From the NCBI GenBank assembly GCA_030390025.1, contig JASTWF010000514.1, positions 1-64,000 of the forward strand: 64,000 bases of DNA, written 5' to 3'. The translations under genes were made by a program, and so were the position numbers. Of the stretch, positions 1 through 10,380 are shown piece by piece. The number at the start of each line of letters is the position of its first letter. The stretch's first letter is position 1. The notes beneath the pieces are model-generated. The model had not been told where the DNA came from and searched no databases. It worked only from the letters and a program-made list of their open reading frames with translations. The DNA comes from Squalus acanthias. Taxonomy: Eukaryota.

Positions 1-87
1 GTCCAAATGGAAATGAGGATCATGTAATTAGAACCAGGCTCACCGAGACAGTGATGGCAATGGGAAGGGGTCGGAATGCACCATCAT
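1..87 (-). pseudogene. Probable degenerate transmembrane exon of the VJ-C1 gene
   Basis: After a polypyrimidine tract (89-100), reads WCIPT/LPIAITVSVSLVLI/MILISIW with two small indels. Acceptor AG not intact; truncated by window edge. Confidence 0.35.
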
Positions 88-363
88 TCAGAGAGAGAAA
101 TACTTTAGAAAATGCTGCTCGGTCAAACAGTACTTATATGGGATTATCTGATGAGGGAACCTGACGCAGTTACATTGAAGGAGCATTAAATTCGGGGTGT
201 GAAAGGATAAACCAGCCAATGCGACGAATAAATTCGACATGTGAAAGCTCATAACGGAATACATTGCACTAGTTTGGTGGCTGAGGCTAATTGACAGCCG
301 ACACTCTCAGCATTGCCCCATAATTTTAATAATGCACAATCAAAACATCCTATTTGAAAACTG

Positions 364-1070
364 AATCATAGAATGATTAGAGCACAGAAAGAGGCCATTC
401 AACCCATCGTGGCTGTGCCGGCTCATTGGTGGAGCAACCCAATTAGACCCATCCCCTTCTCGTTCCCCATAGCCCTGCTAATGTTATACCTTCAAGTATT
501 TATCCAATTCTCTTTTGACAGTTACTATTGAACCTGCTTCCACCGCCACTTCAGGCAGCGCATTCCAGATCACAACAACTCGCTGCGTAACAAAATGTTT
601 CCTCATCTCGCCTCTGGTTCTTTAGCCAATCACCTTAAATCTGTGTTCTCTGTTTACCGACCCTTCTGCCAATGGGAACAGTTTCTTCTTATTTATTCAA
701 TCAGAACCATTCATGATTCATGATTGAACACCTCTATTAAATTTCCTCTTAACCTTCTCTGCTCTAAGGAGAACAATCCCAGCTTTTCCATTCTCTCCAC
801 ATAACTGAAGTCCCTCATCCCTGGGTACCATTCTAGTAAATCTCCTCTCCACACTCTCCAATACTTGACTTCCTTCCTAAAGTGTTTTGGACAGAATTAG
901 ACACAATACTCCAGCTGTGGTCCAACCATTGCTTTATAAATGTTCAGCATAACTTCCTTGCTTCTGTGCTCTATTCTTCTATTAATAAAGCCAAAGAGCC
1001 CATATGTTTTTTAATAATCTTCTCGACTTGTCCTGCCACCTTTAAAGATTTACGCATATATACCCCTATG
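364..1070 (-). mobile_element. CR1 LINE 3' fragment
   Basis: Degenerate CR1 ORF2 C-terminal sequence and 3' UTR ending in an (ATTCTATG)-type tail, as in other CR1 copies here. Confidence 0.75.
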
Positions 1071-1782
1071 TTTTATGTGAGCTAAACTGGAAGGATTACC
1101 CATTTTCCGTGAAGTTTCATAACCCGATTAAATTAAAATCTATTTCACTAGGAAAGTGGGGTTCGATAAGGGGGGTTCGGGTCTTATAAACGGGAAACGA
1201 GAAATAAACGGGTGGAAATGAGCGAGCGTCTGATCCCAGCACGACGCGTCAGCCAAGTATTTCGTGGCATCTCCTGAATACTTTCAGGTCAGAAATCGCG
1301 TTCACTCCAATCCATTCCAGGATGCGCTGCCTGAAAGGGCGGTGGAAGCTGATTCCCGAATAACTTTGGAAAGGGAGTCGGATAAATTCTTGAAGTGGAA
1401 AATTTTGCAAGGACTGTGGGGAAAGAGCAGGGGCAGAGTGGGATTAATTGGAATGCTCTTTCAAAGAGCCGGCACAGGCACGATGGGCCGAATGGTCACC
1501 TTCTGACTGCATCTTTCTTTGATTCTTAGATGACACGCAGAACTCTAAAGTCAGCCAAGAGCGGAGAATGTATCTACAAGACCTGGGACGGAGGGTAATC
1601 ATAGCTTATTTCAATGTATTTTATAACAGACTGACCGCATTATTTCTCCTGATATATAGATATTCATGCTTATCCCGCGGTGTTGCTTTATTTACATACT
1701 TTAGGCGCTTAGGAGCGAGTGAACTACTCCAACTGACACTAAAGTTGAATAATAATATTCGCTATACAGATCACAGACTCAC

Positions 1783-2102
1783 CTGCCACTGTTTTGGGGC
1801 GCGACACGCTCTTGGCCCAAGATTTGTCCTTGGAACCCAGCTCAACAACACAGGTGCAGACCCCGCCGCTTCTCCAGTCTTCCCTCGAGACCATCACATG
1901 GCTTCTGATGCTGTCGGTCCCGTCCGGGTCCAGTGTACCGGAATCGCTCCGTCCCTCGTTCACCTGTCCGGTAACGTTCCAGTAAATAGAAATCTGGTTC
2001 GAGGAGACGCCAGTGCCCAAACACACCAAGGGGACGGTGTCCCTTAAATGCGGCTCCCCGGCGGAGCAAACACCAGCACAGCCGTCTTGGGTGTGGAACT
2101 GT
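1783..2102 (-). CDS. C1-set Ig constant domain exon (1-nt frameshift in a G run)
   Basis: Acceptor TTCAG|AC. Reads DSSTPKTAVLVFAPPG/EPHLRDTVPLVCLGTGVSSNQISIYWNVTG...SIRSHVMVSREDWRSGGVCTCVVEL...KTVA, then donor AG|GTGAGT. C1 pattern present (LVC, YW, W..G..CTC). Confidence 0.88.
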
Positions 2103-2193
2103 CTGAACAGGGATTGGGACACATTTAATCTCTTAGTTTACACCGAATGATATTGCTGTGCCTGATCTGAATTCAATTTGGTTTCGCTCTTAC

Positions 2194-2525
2194 CTTCAAC
2201 CAGCAGTGTGGATCCATTCCGGAGCGGTACATAGCCACCCCTAGGTGCACAGTAATAGGAGCCAGTGTCAGCCACCTGCACATTGCGGATTTCCAGGATC
2301 AGTATATTTTTGTTGTGTCCTTTTTTAGAAGTAAACTTGCAATCGGTCCGATTACAGGATGGGATATCGATTAGTCTCGTGCTTCACCCACACGCTGCTT
2401 GTACCAGAAATGACTATTCACAAACTCCACTTCATAATTCTGCTGACATTCCAATTCAACCGACTGGCCGACTCCGGCTGTCACTGTGAAGGGTTGCCGA
2501 GACAGGATGGGCTGGGATTCTGCAA
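2194..2525 (-). CDS. Germline-joined V+J Ig domain exon (1-nt frameshift)
   Basis: Acceptor CTAG|TT. Reads AESQPILSRQPFTVTAGVGQSVELECQQNYEVEFVNSHFWYKQRVGEA/(P)RLIDIPSCNRTDCKFTSKKGHNKNILILEIRNVQVADTGSYYCAPRGGYVPLRNGSTLLVE, then donor G|GTAAGA. Canonical C, WYKQ, DxGxYYC and J-like GSTLLV motifs. 332 nt, one short of in-frame. Confidence 0.9.
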
Positions 2526-3158
2526 CTAGAGGGATTATTGTTACATTAGAACTGATTATTGAGCGATAGAAAGAAGCCGCGTTGAAACACCTCGCCTGTA
2601 ATTTAAGAACAGCACCATTATTGCCTTCAGTTATTGCTTGTTATATCCATTCTCTAGTTTGCCTTTACTTCGCCTTAGAGAAGGACCACAAAGTAAACCA
2701 ACATTATCAACAACAACTTTCTTTCATACAACGCCTTTAACGTAATTAAACGACCCCAGGCGCTTTACAGAAATTTGACTCCGAGCCTCATACTGCGATA
2801 TTAGGACAGGTGACCAAAAGCTTGGTCAAAGAGGTAGGTTTTAGGAGCGTCTTATAGGAGGAGAGAGAGGCGGAGAGGTTTAGGGAGGGAATTTCAGAGC
2901 TTAGGGCCCAGGCAGCTGAAGGCACGGACACCAATGCTGGAGCGATTAAAATCGGGGTTGTTCAAGAGGCCAGAATTGGAGGAGCGCAGAGATCTCGAAC
3001 AGTTGCAGGGCTGGAGGAGGATACAGAGATAGGGAGGGTGCGAAAATATCAGTCGAAAAGCTGTTAGCTTGGTCACATTTTCAACTTAGTAAACAGAGTC
3101 CATTGTTTCCAGTTTTTGGCTGATACCATTCAGGAGTTCGCAACCGTGTCTCACTCAC

Positions 3159-3213
3159 CGTAAGGCCAGGTCACGTGGACAATGAGGATCAGGGAAAACG
3201 CTTTCTTGAACAC
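3159..3213 (-). CDS. Putative leader exon of the VJ-C1 gene, (M/V)FKKAFSLILIVHVTWPY
   Basis: Hydrophobic 18-codon stretch ending in strong donor TACG|GTGAGT. Phase 1 matches the V acceptor, giving ...WPY-V-AESQPIL. Start is aagGTG, probably a mutated ATG. Confidence 0.55.
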
Positions 3214-3574
3214 CTTGAGGCCGGAGCCGCGCTCAGTTATCCCGTGCTCGCTCTCAACATTCTGCAGTCGGTGTGGGCGCCGCGTGACCGGAGCGCACAC
3301 ACAGTTGGTTACACCCCCTTCAGATACGGTGGAAAGTATTACGAGCTAAGCCGTTGGGTGCATTGTCCTGTTGCATCCCACGCCTCGTGTATTTTACAAC
3401 TGGGCAGCATCTCTGCGTCACAGCGGTCAGTCTAATGCACATTTTCAGAGTGGCCACAAAGAGCTTTCGATTGTAGTTCGGAGAGGGTGACAGAAAGGTT
3501 ATGGTATGGATATGCGCATTTGTCATTGTTCTGAATTTTAATTTTGGCAGTTAAAGTTTAGAACTGTGTTTACT

Positions 3575-4850
3575 TAATTCACGGGATGTGGGCGTCGCTG
3601 GCAAGGCCGGCATGTATTGCACATCCCTAGTTGCCCTTGAGAAGGTGGTGGTGAGCCTCCTTCTTGAACCGCTGCAGTCCGTGTGGGGAAGGTGCTCCCA
3701 CAGTGCTGTTAGTCAGGGAGTTCCAGGATTTTCTCCAAGCGACGATGAAGGAACGGGCGATAGACTTCCAAGTCAGTATGGTTCAAAATCATTAGGGGTC
3801 TGGACAGAGTTGGTCGAGAGAAACTGTTCCCATTGGCAGTAGGTTCGAGAACCAGATGACAGAGATTTATGGAGGTTGGCAGAAGAACCAAAGGCGACAT
3901 GAGGATATACTTTTTTATGGAGCAATTGTTTAAGACCTGGTATACACTGCCTGAAATAGTGGTGGAAGCAGACTCAATCGTGGCTTTCAAAAGGGATTTG
4001 GATAAGTATCTGAAAGGAGATTAATGCAGCGCTACGGGGAAAGGGCGGAGAGTGGGTCTAGCTGAAGTGCTCATGCAGAGAGCCGACACGGGCTCGATGG
4101 TCCGAATGGCCTCCTTATGTGCTGCAAACTATCTATGATTCTATGATTCTGTGTGTGTGATTGGAGGGGAAATTGAAGGTGGTGCTTTTCACCATTCACC
4201 TGCTTACCCTTTTCCTTCTAGGTGGTGGTAGTCACGGGATTGTGAGGTGGAAGCCAGAAGTTCAGAATGTAATCCAATTCTAGTCACGGCACGGAAGCGT
4301 TTTTATACACCGAATAAATGATGGACATTGAACCCTGGCTGCAATCTGTTAGCAGCATCGTGAATAACGATGTCTTATGTTCGGTATTGCTAACAGACTT
4401 TCTTTACCTTTTGATCAAAGTAAGAACCTGGTCGTTTCATTTTAAATCGTTCGTGGGATGTGGGCCTGGCTGGCAAGGCCGGCATTTATTGCCAACCCTT
4501 AATTGTCCTTGAGAAGGTGGTGGTGGACTTCCTATTTGAACCGCTGCAGTCCGTGTGGTGAAGTTGCTCCCACAGCTCTGTTACGGAGGAGTACCAGGAT
4601 TCTGACCAAGCGACGATGAAGTAACGGCCCGATATTTGTCCAAGTCAGTTTGGTGTGTCTGACTTGCAAGGCGGAACTTGGAGGTGGTGGTGTTCCCATG
4701 CGCCTGCTCTACTTTTCCTTATAGGTGGTGGAGGTCGCGGGTTTGGGAACTGCTGTCGGAGAAGCCTTGGCGAGTTGTTGCAGTGCAGCCCTGTATGGAG
4801 ATAGTACCCACTGCAGCCACGGTGCACCGGTGGTGGAGGGAGTGGATATT
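3575..4850. mobile_element. Cluster of LINE 3'-end fragments (minus-strand copies ~3575-3780 and ~4445-4850; plus-strand CR1 3' end ~3781-4150)
   Basis: Repeated 'gggatgtgggcgtcgctggcaaggccggc' 3' ends, also at 6500-6765. CR1 tail ctatgattctatgattct at ~4133-4150. Confidence 0.7.
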
Positions 4851-6344
4851 TAATGAATAATTTTGAGGGTCAGTATAGGATCCATTACTCCTCTGCAAAC
4901 ACTGGGCAATGCAGATAAACAGGACGCGGTGTCACATGGAAGGGGAGGCTGTAAATGAGCTCAATGTACTCGAGTCTGCTCTCCGTTCAGTTGAATCTAC
5001 CCTGGCTGGAAAATGTCTTCTGAGTGCGGTTGAACATGGTGCCTCACTGTTTGACCTTTCTGTGTGTGAGCGGCTGATCTGCAGAAACAGGAAACCCACA
5101 GAGAGCTTCGAGCTCGGCCATTATTTTCCAGCTCAAGTCAGAATCTCGGCCAGCCGTTTCCGCAACTCGCTGCACTTTGCACATCTCGTCGCAAGCGGCC
5201 CGAGCAGCGTGATCTGTGGTATTCAGAGCAACAGGCGCGGTCACAGCCAAAGCGCCTCTTCGCTGCCAACGAGCTTCCCCCTCTCTGCTTCAAGCTCAGA
5301 CTCGCTTCTTTGTCAGTTGAGGTCAGGCATTTCCGCATCACTGTTCAGAAATTCAGTATGGTACTAAATGGTCAACAACCTCAAAACCAATTCTACCAGA
5401 AATTCATTCAAAATTAAAAATTGATGTAACTTCTCTCTTAACTGCCCGGTTCCAATCCGCTTCATTCTTCTGAAGATGGCCACTCTTGACATAGGTTGCA
5501 TAGGCGCCTTCTATAGAATTACACAGAATGTGCAGCACAGACACAGGCCATTCTGCCCAACCGGTCCATGCCGTTGTTTCTGCTCCACACGAGCCTCCTT
5601 CCAGCCCTCTTCATCTCACCCTATCAGCATATCCTTCTATTCCTTTCAACCTCATGCGTTTATCTAGCTTCCCCTGAATTGCATCTATTCTATTCGCCTC
5701 AACCACTCACTGGTAGCTTTCAAGCATTGTGTCAAAACCACTCAACCCCTACTCCGATTTCAATTGAATATTTTTTTTTATTTTCCAAGTTCTTTTAAGA
5801 TTGATTGAAAGACCATACCACAATTCTATTCTCATTATTTATGGCACGTGACCAAGGATTTACCGGAATTAATGCTTGTTTCATATTTTGTTCCGGACAG
5901 TTTTAGCATCAAACGAATGTTTCGCCCCGTGAACAGAGAGCAGACCGCGGTCTACGGCATCTTAATTTCCATCCAATCCCCATTATAGCTCAGAATGGGA
6001 ACAGAGCGAATACTTCAACCGCATCTACTGAAGGAAATGATCAGTTAATGTTTCGGGCATATGCCTTCGACAGACACTCAGCCGCAGTGTAATTCCAACG
6101 TTTTTGTTTGTATTTCAGATACCCAGATTTCAAAGCATTTTATTTTCTCTACAGGGAGTCGAGGACCCGCCCCACCCCGGCTCGGCCCTCTGTGGGGTGA
6201 TTGATTTTAATACTTTAGCCACAGGAATTATTGTAAAGATGCAGAAATGCGACGACAATCCTGGATAATATTGCTGATAACTCAAACTATGTTTCCTAAA
6301 TAGCTTCATTTTAAGTGGATATACAAGACTTAGAATGCATTTAT

Positions 6345-6490
6345 GTCCGTGTGTATGTCTGTGTTTATATTTGGGTGAGTCTGTGTTATATTTGTGCGTG
6401 TCTGTGTGTGAGTGTGTGTGTGTGCGTTTGTGTGTGTCTGTGTGTGTGTATATTTATACGTGTGTATTGTGTGTCTGTGTGTGTGAGTGT
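6345..6490. repeat. Imperfect (GT)n microsatellite
   Basis: Run of gtgt/atgt units. Confidence 0.9.
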
Positions 6491-6941
6491 ATTTCTCTTT
6501 ATTCACGGGATGTGGGCGTTGTTGGCAAGGCCGGCATATATTCTCCATCCGCAGTTTCCCATGAGAGATGGTGTTGAGCCGCTTTCTTGATCCGCTGCAG
6601 TCCGTGTGGTGAAGGTGCTCCCACAGTGCTGTTAGGGAGGGTGTTCCAGGATTTTGACCCAACGACGATGAAGGAGCGGCCGATATATTTCCAAGTCAGG
6701 ATGGTGTGTGATTGCAACTTGGAGGTGGTGGTGCTTCCCTGCGCCTGCTGCCTTTGTCCTTCTTGGCGTATGTCATGTGTGTATGTAAGTGTGTGTATGT
6801 GCTTTTGTATCTTTAAGCTTCAATGTGCTATAACGAGACACTGTTGCTATCTGTCTACGCCACGAAGCAGCGAGTTTGGTCCTCCTAACTGGAAAACTGT
6901 TTTTTCATTGAGGTCCTGGGCACACGCAGACTCTTCGCTTG

Positions 6942-6955
6942 CCAGTAGGGGGCGC
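6942..6955 (+). promoter_or_regulatory. Candidate CTCF binding site
   Basis: CCAGTAGGGGGCGC is a perfect match to the CTCF core consensus CCASYAGRKGGCRS. Confidence 0.55.
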
Positions 6956-8387
6956 CATAGCAGCGGTTACCATTCTCTGGAGTGAGATTGAACCCACAAA
7001 CTACTGACTCGAAGGCGAAGGTGCTACCAACTCGGCGACAGCTGTCTTTCCTTTAGATAGAGAGAAACTATTTCCTCTGGGGGGGGGTGGGAGTATAGAA
7101 TAAAGGGGCATAACCTTAAAATTTGAGCCAGGTCCTTCAGGGGTGATGTCAGGAAGCACTTCTTCACTCAAGGTGCAGTGGAAATCTGGAACTCTTTTCT
7201 CCCAAAAAGCGTTGAGGCTGGGGTTCAATTGAAAATTCAAAACTGAGATGATAGATTTTAGTTGGGTAAGCGTATTAAGGGTTAAGGAACCAGGGCGGGT
7301 AGTTGGAGTTAAGACACAGATCAGCCGTGATCTCAGTGAACGGCCTCCTCCTGTTCCTATGTTCCTATCTCTTTGCGCTCGCCAGGATTTACTTAGAATG
7401 TATTGCTTTTTCAAACAGCGCTTGGCGTGTTATAAAGTTAATCCAGTGTATCAGTACGATGGCAGTGTGCAACTAACATTAAATAGCAAGGAGGTATTGG
7501 TCTCGCATTTTCCTTAACTTTTTGGATTGACTGGTGGCACTGTATAGGCTAGATGGGGAAAGGCTTTCCCACTAGTTGTTGGTTTAAGGATTAGGGGACA
7601 CAAATTTAAGATTTTGGGCAAGAGATACAGGGGGCTTTGAGGAAAACTTTTTTACACAGCGAGTGGTGAGGACCTGGAATTAGCTGCCGATGGATGTGGT
7701 GGAAGCGGAGGAAACTCAATGTTTTCAAGGGGAGACTGGATAGGCACTTGAGGGAAATAAACTTGCAGGGCTACGGGGTTATAGCAGGGGAATGGACTGA
7801 CTGGATTGTTCTACAGAGAGCTGCACCGACTCGATAGGCCGAATGGCCTCTTTCTGCTGCTGTATTACTCTATGACTCTATGACTATGACTGTAGCACCA
7901 GTTACTGGCCAGTTTGTTGGAAACTTCACGCAAGCAATTTTAAAAAAAGTTTTTCCTAAAATTGAAAAATGCACCAGAAGTTTAGAATCATAGAATCATA
8001 GAAAGGTTACAGCACAGAAGGAGGGCATTCGGCCGATCGAGCCCGTGCCGGCTCTCTGCAAGAGCAGTTCAGCTAGTCCCACTCCCCCGCCTTTCCCCGA
8101 AGTTTTTCCTTCAGGAACGTATCCAACACTTTTTCGAAAGCCATGATAGAGTCTGCCTCCACCACCCTTTCAAGCAATGCATTCCAGATCCTAACCTCTC
8201 GCTGTGTATTAAATATTTTCCTTATGTCGCTTTCGTTATTTTGCCAATCACCTTACATCTCTGTCCTTTTGTTCTCGACCCTTCCGCCAAAAGGAACAAT
8301 TTCTCTCTATCGACTCTGTCCAGATCCCTCATGATTGTGAACACCTCTATCAAATCTCCTCTCAACCTTCTCTGCTCTAAGGCAACT

Positions 8388-8685
8388 AGGCACCACGGTG
8401 GCATAGTAGTTAGCACTGTTGCCTCACAGAGCTAGTAGATCCGGGTTCGAATCCGGTCCACGGGTGACTGTTTGTGTGGAGTTTGCACATTTTCCCCGAA
8501 TCTGCGTGGATTTGCTCCGGTTTCCTCCCACAGTCCAAAGATGTGTGGGTTAGGTTGATTTGGCTATGATAAATTGATCTTTAGTGTTAGGGTGATTAAA
8601 TACGCGGGGATAGGGTGGGATATGTGTCGGTGCAGGCTCGATGGGCCGAAATGGCCTCTAATCTGCACTGTGGTGATTCTGTGAG
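8388..8685 (+). mobile_element. HE1-type tRNA-derived SINE inserted in a CR1 3' fragment (~7983-8740, minus)
   Basis: A box (tggcatagtagtt) and B box (gggttcgaatcc), followed by the gtgtggagtttgcacatt core. Near-identical family member at 63430-63760 (minus). Confidence 0.8.
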
Positions 8686-8902
8686 CAATTCCAGCTTCTC
8701 CAGTCTATTCATGTAACTGAAGTCCCTCATCCCTGGAATTGAACTATTGTTATTTTGTAATCAGATTCCTGTCATGATTTTTTGAATGAGAAGAGGATTG
8801 CTGATGCTGGATATGATAAATATGTGTCCAAGGCATCCTACCTCCTAATTGGCCAGCAGGTCCCTCAAAGAAGTACTTGTTTTTAATGGTTATTTATGTT
8901 GG

Positions 8903-8915
8903 CCGCTAGGGGCGC
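8903..8915 (+). promoter_or_regulatory. Near-consensus CTCF site
   Basis: tggCCGCTAGGGGCGCtg is one G short of consensus; same orientation as the site at 6942. Confidence 0.3.
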
Positions 8916-9234
8916 TGTGTCTTGTGTTTCCAGTCAGTGTATATTAAAACCAGACCCCATCATTCGGAGTACTGTGCATTCTGACCCTTTTACCTTATGC
9001 TAATTATGTAAACGGGACTGATTGATTAACGGTATATTAATTTTGATTATTTCTTGAGAGGTTTTGTTCACGCCCGTTATATTTCTGAAATAAACGTTTG
9101 GGAAACCGTTTTCTTCCCGTGATTCACACTGAAGTAAGATATGTAAACCACTGCATGTTCAGGTGTTAGCAGTGGTGCAGTTACTAGCACTCTCGCCTCT
9201 TGACTCCGAAGTTTGTGGGGCCAATTCCCAGTCC

Positions 9235-9625
9235 AGATTTCAGGATGTCCCAAAACGCTTAGAGACAAGTCTGCACTTTTAAAGTGTAGTCAACGTTGTA
9301 ATGTAGGAAACGCTGCAGCCATATTGCGCACAGCAAACTCCCACAAACAGCAACGTTATAGTTTCAGATCATCTGTTATAGTGATCTTTGTTGAGGGTTA
9401 AATATTTACCAGGTGAACACCAGCTCTTCTTTGAAATAGTGCCGTGGCATATTTTACGACCCCCCCGAGTAAACAGACGGGACCTCGGTTCAAAATCTCA
9501 TCCGAAAGGCGGCACCTCCGACATTGCAGCGCTCCCTCAGTACCGGCACTGTGTTATCAGCCTGGATTCTGTGCTCAAGCCTCCGGAGTGGGACTTGAAC
9601 CCACAACCTTCTGACGCAGAGGCGA
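9235..9625 (-). mobile_element. Deu/SacSINE1-like SINE
   Basis: B box gggttcaagtccc and conserved 'gtgggagtttgctgtgcgcaatatggctgc' domain. A related 3' half lies at ~52515-52755 (+). Confidence 0.7.
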
Positions 9626-10284
9626 GCAGGACAGGTAGTTATATTCTGTAACTGCTGAATTGAACGCTCTCCGAACAGAGATATCAACCACAAGGCCATT
9701 TGGGGACAGACGACCCACAAATTAACCGACCAATACCTGGCAATACTTGGGAAGGCCTGAACCGCTCCGATGATACCTGGGAGAAGTTTTCTAAAAAAAT
9801 GTTCTTGTGAGTAAAATGCAATCTGCAATAAATGAATGCCTATCGGTATCTGTACGCGTGTGTTTAAAGACAACCTACACCTTGTGCAATAGAAAGATTT
9901 GCCGAAATCTATTCTATTCCACAATTTAAGAAATATCCAGTAATGACACATCGCAGTAAGTCGAAAGTATTTTGTGTATGACTGGAATTGTTGGCAACCA
10001 TGTTCTGCTAAAGCTTGCTTGATGGTGTAAGGGAGTTGAGAAGAAATTTCCAGAGATCATTTCTTCTGAAATATGTTAGTTAGCTTCACTGACGGCTGTA
10101 AATGGACATTTACATCCAATGGATCTGGTTTTGTTGTCGCGAACATTTTCATTGAATGATGCTTATTCGCCAATTTTTGTTTTTAGGATCATGATTGAGT
10201 GTTTGATATGTGTGAAACACAATATCAAAGCAAAATTCCAAACTATGTTTCATTGTACTTCCTGCGCATGTTCGCTGAGTTATT

Positions 10285-10380
10285 AGAGAGAAGGAGAAAG
10301 AGAGAGAGAGAGAGAGAGAGATAGTGATGGAGAGACAGAGACAGAGAGAGAAAGAGAGAGACAGAGAGACAGAGAGAGAG
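10285..10380. repeat. (GA)n/(GACAGA)n microsatellite
   Basis: Direct inspection. Confidence 0.9.

Larger units (their letters stand above)
1..3213 (-). pseudogene. Non-rearranging VJ-C1(-TM) antigen-receptor-like gene (PRARP/VJC1-type architecture), disrupted in this assembly; 3' end runs off window
   Basis: Hand-spliced phase-1 exons: leader 3213-3159, VJ 2525-2194, C1 2102-1783, probable TM exon ~87-1. GT/AG sites are canonical for L, VJ and C. No RSS. One-nt deletions in VJ and C; GTG at the predicted start. Confidence 0.75.

Noticed and set aside
2482-2488. CACAGTG heptamer (minus strand) in V framework 1 as a possible RSS
   Set aside because: No nonamer at 12 or 23 nt spacing; lies inside coding sequence.
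2590-2618. ATGGTGCTGTTC... just upstream of the V exon as its leader
   Set aside because: Short, poorly hydrophobic, weak donor. The exon at 3159-3213 has a consensus donor, the correct phase and signal-peptide character.
6315-6662. Cys/Val- and His/Thr-rich ORFs
   Set aside because: Products of the (GT)n microsatellite and a LINE tail.
8395-8465. tRNA gene
   Set aside because: tRNA-derived SINE head continuing into the SINE body; no complete cloverleaf.
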